Shown in pieces: positions 39,676 through 57,100 of a DNA stretch of 64,000 nt (position 1 is the stretch's first letter; the number at the start of each line of letters is the position of its first letter). The notes beneath the pieces are model-generated. The model worked only from the letters and a program-made list of their open reading frames with translations. It had not been told where the DNA came from and did not search any database. The position numbers and the translations under genes were made by a program. The stretch is from Lingula anatina (lineage: Eukaryota > Animalia > Brachiopoda), in assembly GCA_051362555.1 (NCBI GenBank), contig CM120640.1, positions 57,824,788 through 57,888,787 on the forward strand, written 5' to 3'.

Positions 39676-39894
39676 GGGTGCTTTCCCAGAAATTTAGATC
39701 GATCTAGAGATTAAGATTTAGATCGACCTAACTCCCTGGGGGTAAATTGCAGTCAGCCGAGCTGGCATCATAGTTAATTACTCCCTTACAGCTTTTAGTA
39801 GGCGGGACAGACGCTTAAGCCGGCCAAGCTGACAGTAATCAAGTGAGACTCCCCACAGGGATAGATCGATCTAAAATTCTATGGAAATGGGGTG
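39676..39894. mobile_element. PIF/Harbinger-like MITE (TAG TSD), upstream of TTLL2
   Basis: Same family as 18548-18772; TAG at 39673-75 and 39895-97. Confidence 0.75.
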
Positions 39895-39989
39895 TAGTAT
39901 TATATATTATTTCATCTCGGTGGAGAAAACCCTTGTTTTTACCAAAATATTTACTTTGGGATTTTTTACTTGTCTTTTGTGCCTTCACA

Positions 39990-40080
39990 TTTATATTATA
40001 TTATATTATATTATATTATATTATATTATATTATATTATATTATATTATATTATATTATATTATATTATATTATATTATA
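39990..40080. repeat. (TTATA)n microsatellite
   Basis: Perfect pentanucleotide run. Confidence 0.95.
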
Positions 40081-41739
40081 GCAGTTAAGTTAGAGAAATC
40101 TATACCACCTTGAAACAATGTTTTTTCAATTAACTGAATAAATGAGTTAAGTTTTTTTGCAGTAGTGTACATACAAGCATTTATAAAAGTATATTTTTTT
40201 AATGTGAATGACTTAAAGGCCGTTGACAAATACTAGTAAATCATTTGCAAAAAAAAAAAAAAAAAAAAAAGATTCACCTAAATAAGCAGAATTACCTGTT
40301 CTTAAAAGTAGGAACCCACCACCTTAAAAAATTCTCAATTTCAAATGTGAAGTGTATCACAATTTGATTACTGTCAGTGACAGTGATACATAATGGCCAT
40401 AGAAGTAGAGAAACTTTCTCTACTTCTATGGTAATGCTTTCTATAGTTCTTTTTTATAATGATTGCATTGATAGCTTCTCTGAGAACTAAGAAACCCTTC
40501 AGGCAAAATAAGTTTTTTTCCTGAAATTCATTTATTTCTACCGTGGATGGGAGCAGAGGGTAGACTGCTCTTTTCTCACTTTTAGGGGTGTGTCAACGAA
40601 GGGAGAGGAGGTGATTGCTCCACACTTACAGGACTCCCCTTTCCCTTTGATATTCCTGGTCACAGGTCTGTCTGTACAAGAAATTTCAGGACATAACCAA
40701 CGTGAAACTTACCTATAACACATACATAATAATGAATTTTTTGTTGCCATTGGTTTTTAAAAACACATGTATTTGTCAAGTTACCTCACTTCCTTGAGGC
40801 AACTTAAAAATAAGACAGAAAAAAATGCCATGGGAGGCAATTGATCACAGAAATACAATTTGATAAATAACAATGTCCATTCCATTTTTTAATAAATAGA
40901 ATGTATAGTCAAGTATAGAATGACACGTAGACAATATACTGTTAATCTATCACCAGCTTCTTTATTCTCACTGTAGAAATACATTTGCACATACACTATA
41001 CATCTGATAAGTGATGAATGATTGAAGAAAAACAAAGAATGACCTGTTGTGGGGAATTTATATCTCCCACTCATGTGACCCACGTGACAGAATAAGTAAC
41101 TATACTTGTCAACCAGTTACAAAAATATTAGGTAACAACCTGTTGAACTATTCTTTTAACTATTTAGGGAAAAAATAGACAAGGCCAAGCAACAGCAAGA
41201 AAAAAAGAAAGCAAAGAAACACAGAATTGGGATAATATTGAACTTTAAAATAAATTATAAATCCAAAAATTTTGAAAAAAAAATGTGACTTAATTTAAGA
41301 CCCAAGATATTTGACAAAAAGGCATTTTATCTGTTCCTACTTACTAAAAAAATTAATTACTTTTTCATACTTAGATTAAAAAATAATTATTCAGAGAGAC
41401 CCAAACCTTTGATAGACAAAAAGGTCCTACAAGCCTTTTTTCATTCCCTGTATACTGGTACCCTCTACCAGGGTGGGAGATATTAGAGGCACATTTTCCA
41501 CCAGCTTTTGGTCAGATGGAAGCATAAACCTGCACATGTGCAGATGGCATTGTACTCACTCCGTAGGGAGCTACTTTGGGAGATTCCCCAGTTAACTTCA
41601 ATCTGAAGTAATTAACAAGCTATTCAGAAGGGGCTATTTTTATCTGTCACAAAAGAGCAATTGATTAAATTCAGATCAATTAACTGAGTAGTTATGCAAA
41701 CAATTACCAGCCATGTAATCAACCTAGAGATTTCAGCAC

Positions 41740-42050
41740 AGGGTCTGGCTAAACTGGCTAAACTGAGATGTGGGGTGGCCCCACTCAGAACAGAAACTGG
41801 ACGGTATGAAAAACTTCCAATCCTGTAGAGAACCTGTGTGCTCTGTGAATCAGGCTGTGTTGAGGATGAGATTCATTTCTTAATTAATTGTCCTTTTTTT
41901 AATGATCATCATATTGATTTAATAAGAACTGCTAAATGTTTTAAGCCAGATTTTGATTTATTGGATGAACAAAGCAAATTTCTTTTCCTGATTGACGATC
42001 CGAAAATGATTTTTAGCACTGCCAAAGCCTGTAGCCTTTTCTAGGATTAA
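41740..42050 (+). mobile_element. 3' fragment of a non-LTR retrotransposon (CR1/L2-group C-terminal Cys/His domain)
   Basis: Translation AKLRCGVAPLRTETGRY...RTCVLCESGCVEDEIHFLINCPFF is the typical post-RT ETGR..C..C...EDE.HF...C motif; it is interrupted by stops. Confidence 0.7.
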
Positions 42051-42216
42051 GAAGAGATTTTAAGTATTTAAACTGGAATTAGTTTTTGGTCTCTCGTAGT
42101 TCTTTATAGAACTGCCTTGTTGTAATGATGTTTTAACTTATATTGTTTTTGTTTCCTAGTGCCAAAGTTTTGTTCAGCTGTTTAGGTAATATCATTCTGG
42201 TTCTTTTGACTCGAGT

Positions 42217-46444
<4,228 letters not shown>

Positions 46445-46875
46445 GCTGGAGTGCTGAAGATTTAATCGCCGAGCTGTTTACATGTGACACGTGCAATCTG
46501 TGGCCTTGACCTGCGAACACTAGTCCCCAGATACTTTAAATCAAATAAAATAAAGAATGACATGGAAACTATTTGTTATTATAAGGTTAAGTACAAAGTA
46601 TTAAATATATTTTTATAAAGGTTTCCCTAAAACAAAAACTTAGCTTTGAGAGTAAGGGCTTGATTCATTCGGAACTCCTCGACAATTTCCGGCTATCTTC
46701 CGAACGCCTATGATGACGCAGGAATCAATCGACGGTGAGCGGGCTTGATTTTGACTAGCGACATCTATTTTCCATGTTTACTTCCGGTTGTTGTCCGTAG
46801 CAACAAAGAATCCGTGAACACTGCGACATCCGACATTATACTATCAATATATTTTCGTGGTTTAGTCAAATTAAG
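46445..46875. promoter_or_regulatory. Bidirectional ASPDH/CCDC65 promoter with an RFX X-box and an ETS site
   Basis: CpG-rich gap between head-to-head genes. ACTTCCGG (ETS-type) at 46780-87 abuts GTTGTCCGTAGCAAC (46790-46804), a match to the RFX X-box typical of ciliary genes, just upstream of the probable CCDC65 5'UTR exon. Confidence 0.65.
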
Positions 46876-47224
46876 GTAAGATATTGCAAGCATATGAATA
46901 ATGGGATTTTTCTATGCATCAAACTTGGAAATGAGTAGAGAACGTATATCTCTCATGGTACTGTTAAAATGTGTTTTGATGATTGATCGACACTTTATGC
47001 ATTTGACAAGTTGTTTGACACTTTGGCACTGAAGTCGTAAATCTTCACAAATTGAAAATATTGAGCCCAGTCTTACCTACCTATGCAAATTATGATAGAT
47101 CACTAAAGGGTCATCCCAGCAACTCTGCAGTCGGCTATTCATTGCCTGCTACCTTGGTTCTATGGAATATTATGTAAGTTTTATCTCTGGAATGTTGTGG
47201 TTCTTCACAATTACCCCCCCCCCC

Positions 47225-47400
47225 CCCCCCCAGTACATTGAAATAGAATTGGTAAGTCCTTCCAAAGCTTATCAAGTTTGTTTTCAAAACTATTGATTGG
47301 CAGTGCTGTGACAACTTCTATATGCAAACTGTTCCAAATATATGTGGTTCTGACTGAGAAAACATTGCTTCTGATAATATTTGTCTTAGTACATGTACTT
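47225..47400 (-). mobile_element. CR1-type LINE 3'-end relic
   Basis: RSNVFSVRTTYIWNSLHIEVVTALPINSFENKLDKLW matches the CR1 terminal motif FS.RVV..WN.LP..VV.A...N.FK..LD. Confidence 0.7.
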
Positions 47401-48068
47401 TTGCTACTGATAAGGTCACTGTTGCTGCATGTAAAATGCACAAGGTTTTTATTTTTATTGTGAAGTTCCTGCATCTGGTGAAAACATTATAAATGCAAGT
47501 GTCAGGTAAAAAATACAGTAGAATAGTACGATTCTACATGTACAAGATGGTACTCCATGTACATCTGCCACAAAAAAAAAATGTCTGGAGATGAACAAAT
47601 ATGGAAAGCAACATGTGCATATTGTGGTCATACTGCATAGATTTACATCAGAGCATTTTTGCATAAATAAACCTAAAAATACCAGTGATGGGGTAGTGGC
47701 GAAAAAACAGTGGTTGGAATGATTAAAATATTGCTGGTTCTGCACTTATGAACACTGGTAATGTATGCAGTCAAAGTCATCATGTCTTTCAATGTTGTGT
47801 TTTGAACTTGAAATGATAATTTTGATGTCCTTTTTGAAGATATTTATTTGGCAGTTATCAGTAATATGCTAATCTGAGTCATACATATTTTGGCAACATG
47901 CATATTTTGACCAGGCATGTGAGTGTGAGAGATAGGTAAGCCTGTGAAAAATTCATATCTATGTATCCTTCGCATGTATGAGTTTTTGGTTCAAAAATTT
48001 TTAGATGTTTTGAACTCTGTCTTGTGACTTAGATATATGGGATTATTCTGTTTATTTTAGATACCAAA

Positions 48069-51000
48069 ATGCCAAAGAAAAAGTCAGGCAAACTGTCCAA
48101 GATGACGGAGGAGGAGAGGCTTCTGTATATGGAGACACAGAGGCTAGCAGAGGAAGAGATGAGGAAAAAGAAAGAAGACATGCTTACTCAGTTTCTAAAG
48201 GTACACATTTGCTCACAATAATATTTTATTTTTCTATTTTTCTAACTAAAATGTATAACTTGTTACTACAGATATTCATCTTGTTGCAGATCCTAATAAG
48301 TTTTCACTTGCACTATATGCTCAGATAAGAATGGTCTCTGTAACTTGGTGAAGATGGTATGAATATCTCATGTATCTCTTTCTCAATACTATTTATATGC
48401 TGTTTATGTTTGGTTCTATATTAATGTTCTTTAGGATAAACTGTCCAAAGAAGAAAGAGCCTCAAAATTCAATTTATACAAGCTCAATCACCAATGGCGC
48501 AACATCATGAGAGAAGCAAAATCTAAGGAACTCAAGAAGGACATTGAGATCCTAAGTCAGACATTTGAAAGAATTGTGGATAGAAAGGAAAGTGTTATCA
48601 AGTCTCTGGCTAAAGATTTATTGGAAGCAGAAGAGCAATATGCCATGGCATTAAGAAGTCATTTGCAGAATGTTGACAATTTGATAGGTAAGCCATAAAT
48701 ATGTTATAAATATCTTCACATTTCTTGGCATACAGCTGCAATAATCCTTTTAGTTGATAGATTCATAGTATGAACCCTGCATTAGGCTATATTTTTACAA
48801 GGCTATATTTTTATATTTGTTTTTAAAGTAAAAAGAAAAAATGTCAAATGAAAATTCTTTTTGAAGGAATTAATGTTAAGAAATTCATTTGAACAGCCTT
48901 TTTAACTGATGTGTTATATTGTTTGACAGCCCTCCAAAACCAGAGGTTAGACACACTGAAATTGGAATATGAGGAAGAATTGGAAATGCTAAAGAAGGAG
49001 TTTGATACAGAGAGAGCACTCATGATTGAACAGCATTTGCAGGAAATGAATGATTTGGCAGATATTATGTTTGCTATGGAGCAGAACTTTAATGAGCGTG
49101 AAAATGATGCAAAATCTGATTTCCAGAGCCTGAGGGATGAGATTAAAAATAAAGTAAGTTTACCATTTATTACTTTTAAGTCACTTCTAACTAACATCAG
49201 ATGTATTTTTATTTTTATATTTTGCAAAGAGGTGTCATTTAATACAGCTTTGCTTGACCTTACATTTAGAATTACACATTTAGTGACACATGAATGTATT
49301 GATTTAAAAATGTTCCCTTTATTTTAGAATTTGGAAGAGAAGCATGCACTGAGGGTCAATTTGGAAGGAAAGGTGGAAGGATTATGGAAAGACTTTGAGA
49401 ACTCTTTACAAACTTATAGCTCAACAACAGAGGAAAGGCGCAAAGCATTTGAGGATTTAAAAACTAAGGATGAAAAAAGTGCTAGTGAAATAGAAACACA
49501 GATGAGGAAATTGCAAAGAATTGCAGATCACATTAGTCAGCTGAAAGCAAAGATGGCACAAAATGCCAAAGAAAATGAAGAGCGAAATAGACACCTTAAA
49601 GAGGTAAGTACATTTTTGCAGTTAGTTGCCATGAAATATATTTCACACAAATACAAAATTATCTGCAATTTGTTTCTCATATTTGAAATATTCATTCATG
49701 ATTATAGTGTAAATATTCATTGTTCAGATTTGTACCTTTTTAGTATGCTGCTGATGGTTCCATGCTGTTGTCATCTGGACTTGTTTGCAACTGACAGCTT
49801 TTATCGACTTACTCTAACTCTGTGAAGAGACATCATGGAGTGTTTACCTTTTTTTAAAAAGATTTTGTAAATAAATAACAATTTTATATACCTTATTCTA
49901 GGAACGAGAAGTTATGGTAGCACACTTCAGAGAACTAAAATCCCAGATGAACAAGCTACGTGACTTAGAGAGAGAAAGATTAACAAAATTAACATTGGAA
50001 AGCAATGCATCAATAAAGGAACTAAAAAGAGTGTCAGAAAAGGTGAGGAAATATTTTTTCCATTTAATGATTATCCTAGCGAAGGATTATAATTGACCTG
50101 GAATATTCTTCTCATAAATCTAAAATAGAAAATTTTAACAATAAAGTTGCCTATAGCAGATTTGGCCCATTGAATGATGTTTACCTCTTAATTTTTGTTT
50201 AGAAGTATAGTAATTGGTTTTTTTATTTTTAAATACTAGCTGCACACTTTGTAGAAAGTGTAAGAAATTATAAGATAAATTTTTGTCATTAATTTAGGGT
50301 GAGCGTATCCTAAAATTAGCTGAAATGAGCAGAAAGTGTGAGACAGAGGAAGAGAAAGTGCTTCCATTTTATGCCTCATCTTTGACACAAGAAGAACAGG
50401 AAGATGTGGCAGCAGCTGTGGCTGAACCACCATCAGAAAGATTAGCCTCGGTAAGTGTATCATGCATAAATAGTATTTCAGTGCCCAAGATAGTACTACC
50501 TCTACAGAGATGCAACATTGATCAGTTGAATTTTTTACTGCAATGGGGAGAAACAAGAGAATCACTAGTACAGATTATTTAATATTTTTGGTTTTGAGTT
50601 AAATATTGTGCAGTGATATTTTTCACAATTTGATGGTACAGAACAAAACTTTGAACAAACCAGTGACCTTAATTGATGTCCCACATTTCAGGTTATGCAT
50701 GAGTATGCTGCCTTAGAAAACTTTTGGAAGCGCTATAACAAAGTTCTACTAGACAAGTGTGCATTGGACAAGGAAAAGCATACATTGGTGGATGAAAACC
50801 AGAAACTGCGCATGTTGTTGAAGCAGTATTTGGATGGTATCTCTGTGAATGATGAGATTCTGAGCCAAGTGAACCCTCTCTTCATTGTCAATAATCAAAC
50901 AAATGTCAAGTATGTGGAGCAAAATTTTAATTTTTACTTAGCTGTAGATATTATATATTCTTAACTGGCATTATTTAACTTAACACTATTGTAAAATTCA

Positions 51001-51234
51001 CTATACCACTTCTTACTATTCTTTTCTTTAGATTGGCCTTTATGTTAGAAATAATCCCAATTTTGTAAAAAGTAAAAGGAGAATACTATGTTGTGTGTAA
51101 AGATGAAATAAAAAGAACTTGATTTTGTTTTTTTCAGGATGAACGTCCCTGTATCAGATCCCCGTGTGAGGAGACCACAGCACACAGTAGTAGAAGCAGC
51201 ACATGTAATTGGACGATCAGTGCAGCCATCTTAG
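48069..51234 (+). CDS. CCDC65: Dynein regulatory complex subunit 2 (coiled-coil domain-containing 65); 8 coding exons
   Basis: Exons 48069-48200, 48435-48687, 48930-49153, 49328-49603, 49902-50042, 50298-50450, 50692-50909, 51138-51234. Sequence [94 protein letters not shown] matches DRC2. A probable non-coding exon ends near 46875 (AG|GTAAGA). Confidence 0.92.
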
Positions 51235-51643
51235 GACTGAAAAATTCTAAAATCCCTGTAGTAAAAAAAAGGGAGAAATTTATCTCATGAAAACTCATTC
51301 ATGTGTTGAATGGCATACATCACAGGATTAGGAAATTTATATGAACTATCCACTTATTTTCTTGTGTACATGTATATCTCAAACAAGAAATTGAAAGAAA
51401 GTTTTTTTACAATGATGATAAGAGTAAAAAAATAAATGTAAATAGGTATATGGTACATGTAAAAAATAAAAATAAGATACATATTTTCCTTCGGTTTTGC
51501 TTTGCTATCAGTTCGACTTATATTTTATGGATTCCTGAAAGTGTTTGAAAGAGATAAAGATGTATTGATTGTAAATGTCATTTCTTTTTTTTCAAAATTA
51601 AAAAAAAGAAAGAATACTTTGTTACTTGATCAGGGAATCATAC

Positions 51644-51678
<35 letters not shown>

Positions 51679-52278
51679 TGATTGACAATATATATCCTCA
51701 ATGAGCAATATTTAAAACATTTCTTTTTCAAGCGAAACGTCGAAATTCTACGTCATAAACGGCCCTGCGCTCTCTACAAGACTTGCTCTGTTGTCACTGA
51801 ATAATGGAATGTACCAAGCCCCTTAGTAGCCTGTGCATGCGATTTAGATGGTCCCCAAACATGCAAAAGCGATGTGAACCATGTCGATGTTGGATCTTAT
51901 ATATATGCGAAATTGACACGAGCCGTGTCACATTTTTCTTTTACTGTGGTGTTTTGATCCCAAAATGAATATGTTATAAAACACGGAATCGACATGGCCG
52001 TGTCTAGTAGTTTAACAGGTCCCATGGAAACGAGATTGCCCCGGGCCACGTCGCATTCGTCTTTTGATGTGGAATTTTGAGCCTAAAATGACTATGTTAT
52101 CAAACACAAAATAGAGATAGCTCATGAGATAGATATAGGCTGTGCTGTGCATATCTTTCGAATGCAAGGTATAACTTCGGCGGAGAATACAGAAACAGTC
52201 CTCATATCATGCAAGTAAAGGTCGGGTACAAAACCAAGAAAAAATAAGTCAAAGAGGTGGAGGACTATTGGCCAAGTT

Positions 52279-52568
52279 CAGTGGCGGGTTTAGAGGGGGC
52301 GTCAGGGGGGTCTTGACCCCCCCCCCTTCAGTTTCTAAAAATATATCACACCAATATTCCCCTCTTAAAATTAGAATTGTGAGTATAGCTATATCATAGT
52401 TCTAAACCGTACCGTACCAAAGGGTACCGTTTGCCCTCCAAAACACTAAAAATTTTCGGGCACTTGAGCAGGCCCACGTCAAGGGGGTGATGGTCGGCTT
52501 TGCATCCGAGGCTTGTCGTTCCGGACCCCCCCCCCCCCCCCCTTCAAATAATCCTCGATCCACCCCTG
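52279..52568. mobile_element. CAG-terminal MITE (GGATCC/CCCCTG family)
   Basis: CAGTGGCGGGTTTAGAGGGGG ... GATCCACCCCTG, flanked by near-matching 5-mers (AAGTT/AAGTG); homologous to 60349-60625. Confidence 0.65.
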
Positions 52569-53020
52569 AAGTGTGTTCATTCCAATTCATAATAAAGGCT
52601 AATATACATGTAGCAGTGGATTAATCTATAAGGGTATTTTTAGGCTGATAAAATGTAGCTGCAGCGCGTATTTATACAATTTTTACATACAAGCAACTCA
52701 AATTAAGTAAGCAAAATATGAACTTAAAGCATGCAATGAGCGTAAGTTTTTTTTTTTTTTTTTTTCATTTTTAAATTTCAATACTTTCTCTTAAAGGTAT
52801 TCCATTCGGAATTATCTTCCAAATCGAATTTCCTCGATAAAAGTCATTTTTCCTTACTCACAAATCAGTGCTCGATCTGCCCCTGGGTTCGATGTCTATA
52901 TTTTCTCTAATTAAGTAATTTAGTTCAGAGTTCTAAATGACTGGCCATTCACCTAGACCGCATTTACTTTGGTCGAATGAGAGAGATATGTAACTTGTTG
53001 GGCGAAAAAGCGTTTTATTA

Positions 53021-53452
53021 CACCCCATTTCCATAGATTAGATCGACCTACTTTAGATCGACCTAACTCCCTGGGGGTTCACGCTAAGGGTCTGTTCCCA
53101 CAACTTTAGATCGATCTATCACCGCGGGGAGTCTCACCAGACTACCGTCAGATAATCCCCCTTAAGTGTCCGTCCCCGCCCATTACAAGCCGTAAGGGGC
53201 AATTAACTTTCGTGTCCGCCCGGCTGACAGCTATTCAGCGCGAACCCCCAGGGAGTTAGGTCGATCCAAAGTAGGTCGATCTAATCTATGGAAATGGGGT
53301 GTAAGTAGCTGTCAGCCGGGCGGACACGAAAGTTAATTACCCCCTTACAGCTTGTAGTAGGCGGGACGGACATTTAAGCCGGATTATCTGAAAGTAATCT
53401 AGTGAGACTCCCCGCGGGGATAGATCGATCTAAAATCTATGGGAATAGAGCC
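53021..53452. mobile_element. Harbinger-like MITE with an inverted copy of the same family nested inside (53088-53301)
   Basis: Outer TSD TTA (53018-20 / 53453-55). Inner TSD TAA (53085-87 / 53302-04). The inner copy is the reverse complement of the family consensus. Confidence 0.82.
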
Positions 53453-54191
53453 TTAGTTCAAGTGTAGACATAAAAAATACATGAATGAAATTGTCTAGCG
53501 CACATACCTTTTTCATCTCCCGGGTATACCATACATGGCATATCAAAAACCGTTAAAAGAACTCATAAACCCGTTTTCACTCTTATACCAGTTAATATGC
53601 CGTAAATGGGGGGCTTCGTGGTGCAATATTGTCAGACAATATAAAAATATCCAGAACTCATAAACGGATGTCTGGATCGTAATTTTGTCAACAATTTACG
53701 ATAAGGAACACCTTGGTGATGAAAGGAAAATCAATTTCTTTATTAAATTATTCATTTAATTCGTTAATGTAACTGAATCTATCTTAAATTATTTGTTTTA
53801 ATATTTACTTTTCAGTTTATTTATTTATTGTCTAGTTCACGTGAAACGTAACAAAATTTGCAAAATCATGGTTGACGAATCCTTGAAAACCAAAATAATG
53901 TGATTTGAGCACTTCGATTATAGTAGGATTTACAATCTTAACCCTGGAATATTTCGACACCGAAGCAGTGTCTGATCTCCGCGATACTTCGTTATTATGT
54001 CCAAGCTAAAACCTAGAGCCACGGTGTTCTTCACGTGTAAAACTTGCAGTGTCACTGTCACGTGGATAAATTTATACAAGTTATTAAAGCCGCAAAGCAC
54101 ATGACAAAGGTGCCGCCTGCGCATTGTTGCTACATAAATGGAATGACCTAGATTGGAGTCGAACTTGGAAGTCCGGACAACCACCGTCAAG

Positions 54192-57100
54192 ATGAAGGCC
54201 CTGTTCGTCCTCACCAGCTGCTCTGAGATTAAAACAGTTGGCATGAAGACTGGATGGTATCTCCCCGAAGTTGCACATCCATATGAAGTTTTCACCAAGG
54301 CCGGTGTCCAGGTAGACTTTGTAAGCCCCAATGGAGGAATGGCTCCTATGGTAAGACTCTATATATTTACCTGTGAGCTATAACATGATTGTTGAAACTT
54401 GCCTGCCTTTTTTTTAAACTTGAGCTTATCATTCGATAATTTTCATTTTTATTTAATGTGGACTATGTCAATGGAATGACTTGAGAACAAATTGCATTTC
54501 CTGGTCTAATTGAGGTGTCCAGACAAAGCAGGGCGTGTCCTCATACCTCGTTCTCCAGAAACTTCGTATCGTGAAGCAAATGTGTCTCCACTACATTCTA
54601 AATTCTGTTCCTGTTCACCGAATTGTCATACCAACTGCTAGTGGTCGTGTCAATAAGGAGCTCTAGCGTAGCTTACTCCATATGTCATTATAATTTATCT
54701 ACCACAGGCCATTTATTAGGGGCCCGGTGAGTTCATGCCTAGTCATCGACCAGTCCTGTTTTTAGTTACGAGGTGCCAGTGTAACGAAACCGAGGATCCT
54801 ATAGGACTTTTTCGTAAGGGACTGTATCAGTAGTGATACCAAGAAATCCCTTAAAGACTTCTATCTCATTTTAAATATAGTCTTTTGCCTTAAGTTACTC
54901 GATATTTTGAACAACGGGTTGGTCACTTTAAAGGTGATAGCTTTCAAACAAACAATTTCCTACAAAATCCCTGATACAGTCTGTAATCTGCATACTTCAT
55001 TACTAGTATAGTGTAATTTTCGAAGCGATCGGTTGCGGATATTGGGATATATATTTAAAAGCGATTCACATTGGCCTATCTCGTCAATCTTGAGAGCTGT
55101 TAAAACGGCGAAAAACGGTCACCGGCAGGTTTGATTAGATTACAATATTGAAAGTTAATTACGTCTTGGACAAATAAAACGTATTATTTGTCAAAGATTA
55201 CGTTGGTCTTTCGGGACCTTTTCGTAAGCGTAGACCTGTCTTATCTCTTTGTTAAGTCCTCCTAGATGTCTGAAAATCATTATTTACAATATTCAAATTA
55301 CACCATGTAGCATAAATTAGAATTACTTTTGTAGGCCTACTAAGCTTGCTTTTCGGACCAAAAATGCTGTGAGCCATGGGTGTAGCCTACAGCATCTTTT
55401 TTTCTTCCTTATTTTTAAACTTATCTGTTACACGTATTTTGATTAATGCATGTAGCACCACCAAACAAATCAATGCAACCTCTTCCACCATGATTAAAAA
55501 CTTACATATATTTATAGGACCCAGGGAGTGCTGAAGCCTTCAAAGACGATGCCGTCTGCAAGGCTTTCTTGGCGAACGAGACCGCCATGGATGCCATAGC
55601 TAACACCAAAACACCGGCACAGGTTACACCTGGGTAAGTTGCAGGTTATTTTGAAGGTTCATTATCAGATTTCAGCTCTACGTTGTAGTATTTTTTTAAG
55701 TTAGACTATTAAAACATCTGAAAAGTGCGTTTCCCCCTTTGATTTCTTGGAGTTGGAGTTAAGTGTAGAGAAAATGTCTGTGTTTCAATGAAATGTTTAC
55801 ATTATTTTTAGGGAATATAAAATAATTTTCTATGCCGGTGGTCATGGCCCAATGTTTGACTTACCAGATAATGTGGAAATTGCCAAACTTGCCACAGCAG
55901 TTTATGAGGCTGAGGGAGCTGTGGGAGCTGTTTGCCATGGGACAGTGGGTATGTACATTTGGATATCTTTGGTAAGCCTAAAAATAATTTAACTTAGGTC
56001 TAAATAGGCATATTGTAAGTGGAATGAGACATTTTTTGATATGAAGCATTTTTTTTGGTTTTAATGCCATGATTAATTGTAAGTTTGTTACATTTAAAAC
56101 ATATAGCTTTATTCACAATTAAAAAAAGAAGCATCGTAATTCGAGATTTATTACGCCAGGAAGCCAGAGGGCGTTTGGAGAATACAACGGAATAGCTTTC
56201 TGTCGTATAGACCTAGTCAAACGATCGGACTAGACTTTGAAAACGCATTTGGATATCATACGTTGAAAGACGAAATACTCGAACAAAATAGACCATTTAG
56301 ATAAATTTTGATCCTGCTTCCGATACTTATTAACCTTATCCACATGGTGAATAAGCCAGATGGATTAGATTAATGGGTATCGGGACTAGGATCAAAATCC
56401 TCCAACTGGTTTATTTTGTTCGAACCAAAAATTCGCCCCACGTGCCTTTTAAATTGAACAATCTGAGAAGCGCCATTTTGTTTTTATGGTATTTGATAAC
56501 ATATCGGAATTCGTGAACCGAGTCGCATTTTTTTATTTGCCAAAGGTATTTTTTAGTTGACAACGGTATTAAATACATATCTTTACCGGATAATCGTGAA
56601 AATAGGCTCACGCCTTAGGTCCTGATATCGCTTTTTTGATGATTACAGGTCTTATTCCCGTAAAACTCTCCAGTGGTGAACTTCTGATCAAAGGCTTAAA
56701 GTTGACCTCCTTCACAGACGCAGAGGAGAAAGCGGTAAATCTTGATGGGGCAATGCCGTTTTTACTTGAGACGCGACTGAAGGAATTGGAGGCAGTGTTT
56801 GAAGGAGCTGATAATTTTGCTTGTAACGTGCAGGTAATACATCAATTTAGGCCATACTTATAGATCTCTTATTTATCAAATAGACAAAATCATGTTTTTG
56901 TTAGTTAACTTTTGTGACTTTGAATAGATTTGAAGAATAAAATGTTAAGTGGGGTGCATTTCTCCCTCCAGATATATAATTAGCTGCGAACACTGTAAAG
57001 TACTTCAGCAAACAAGGTTCCTTAACGAGTGGGGGAAATAACGATTTTATTTATGATTTGTCGGCTCGGACACTACTGTAAATAAGTTTTCAAACCATAA

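Noticed and set aside
41460-41605. Exon-like segment on the minus strand between ASPDH and TTLL2
   Set aside because: It has AG/GT-like boundaries but no recognisable protein similarity, and ASPDH already terminates at 42217 with its conserved C-terminus.
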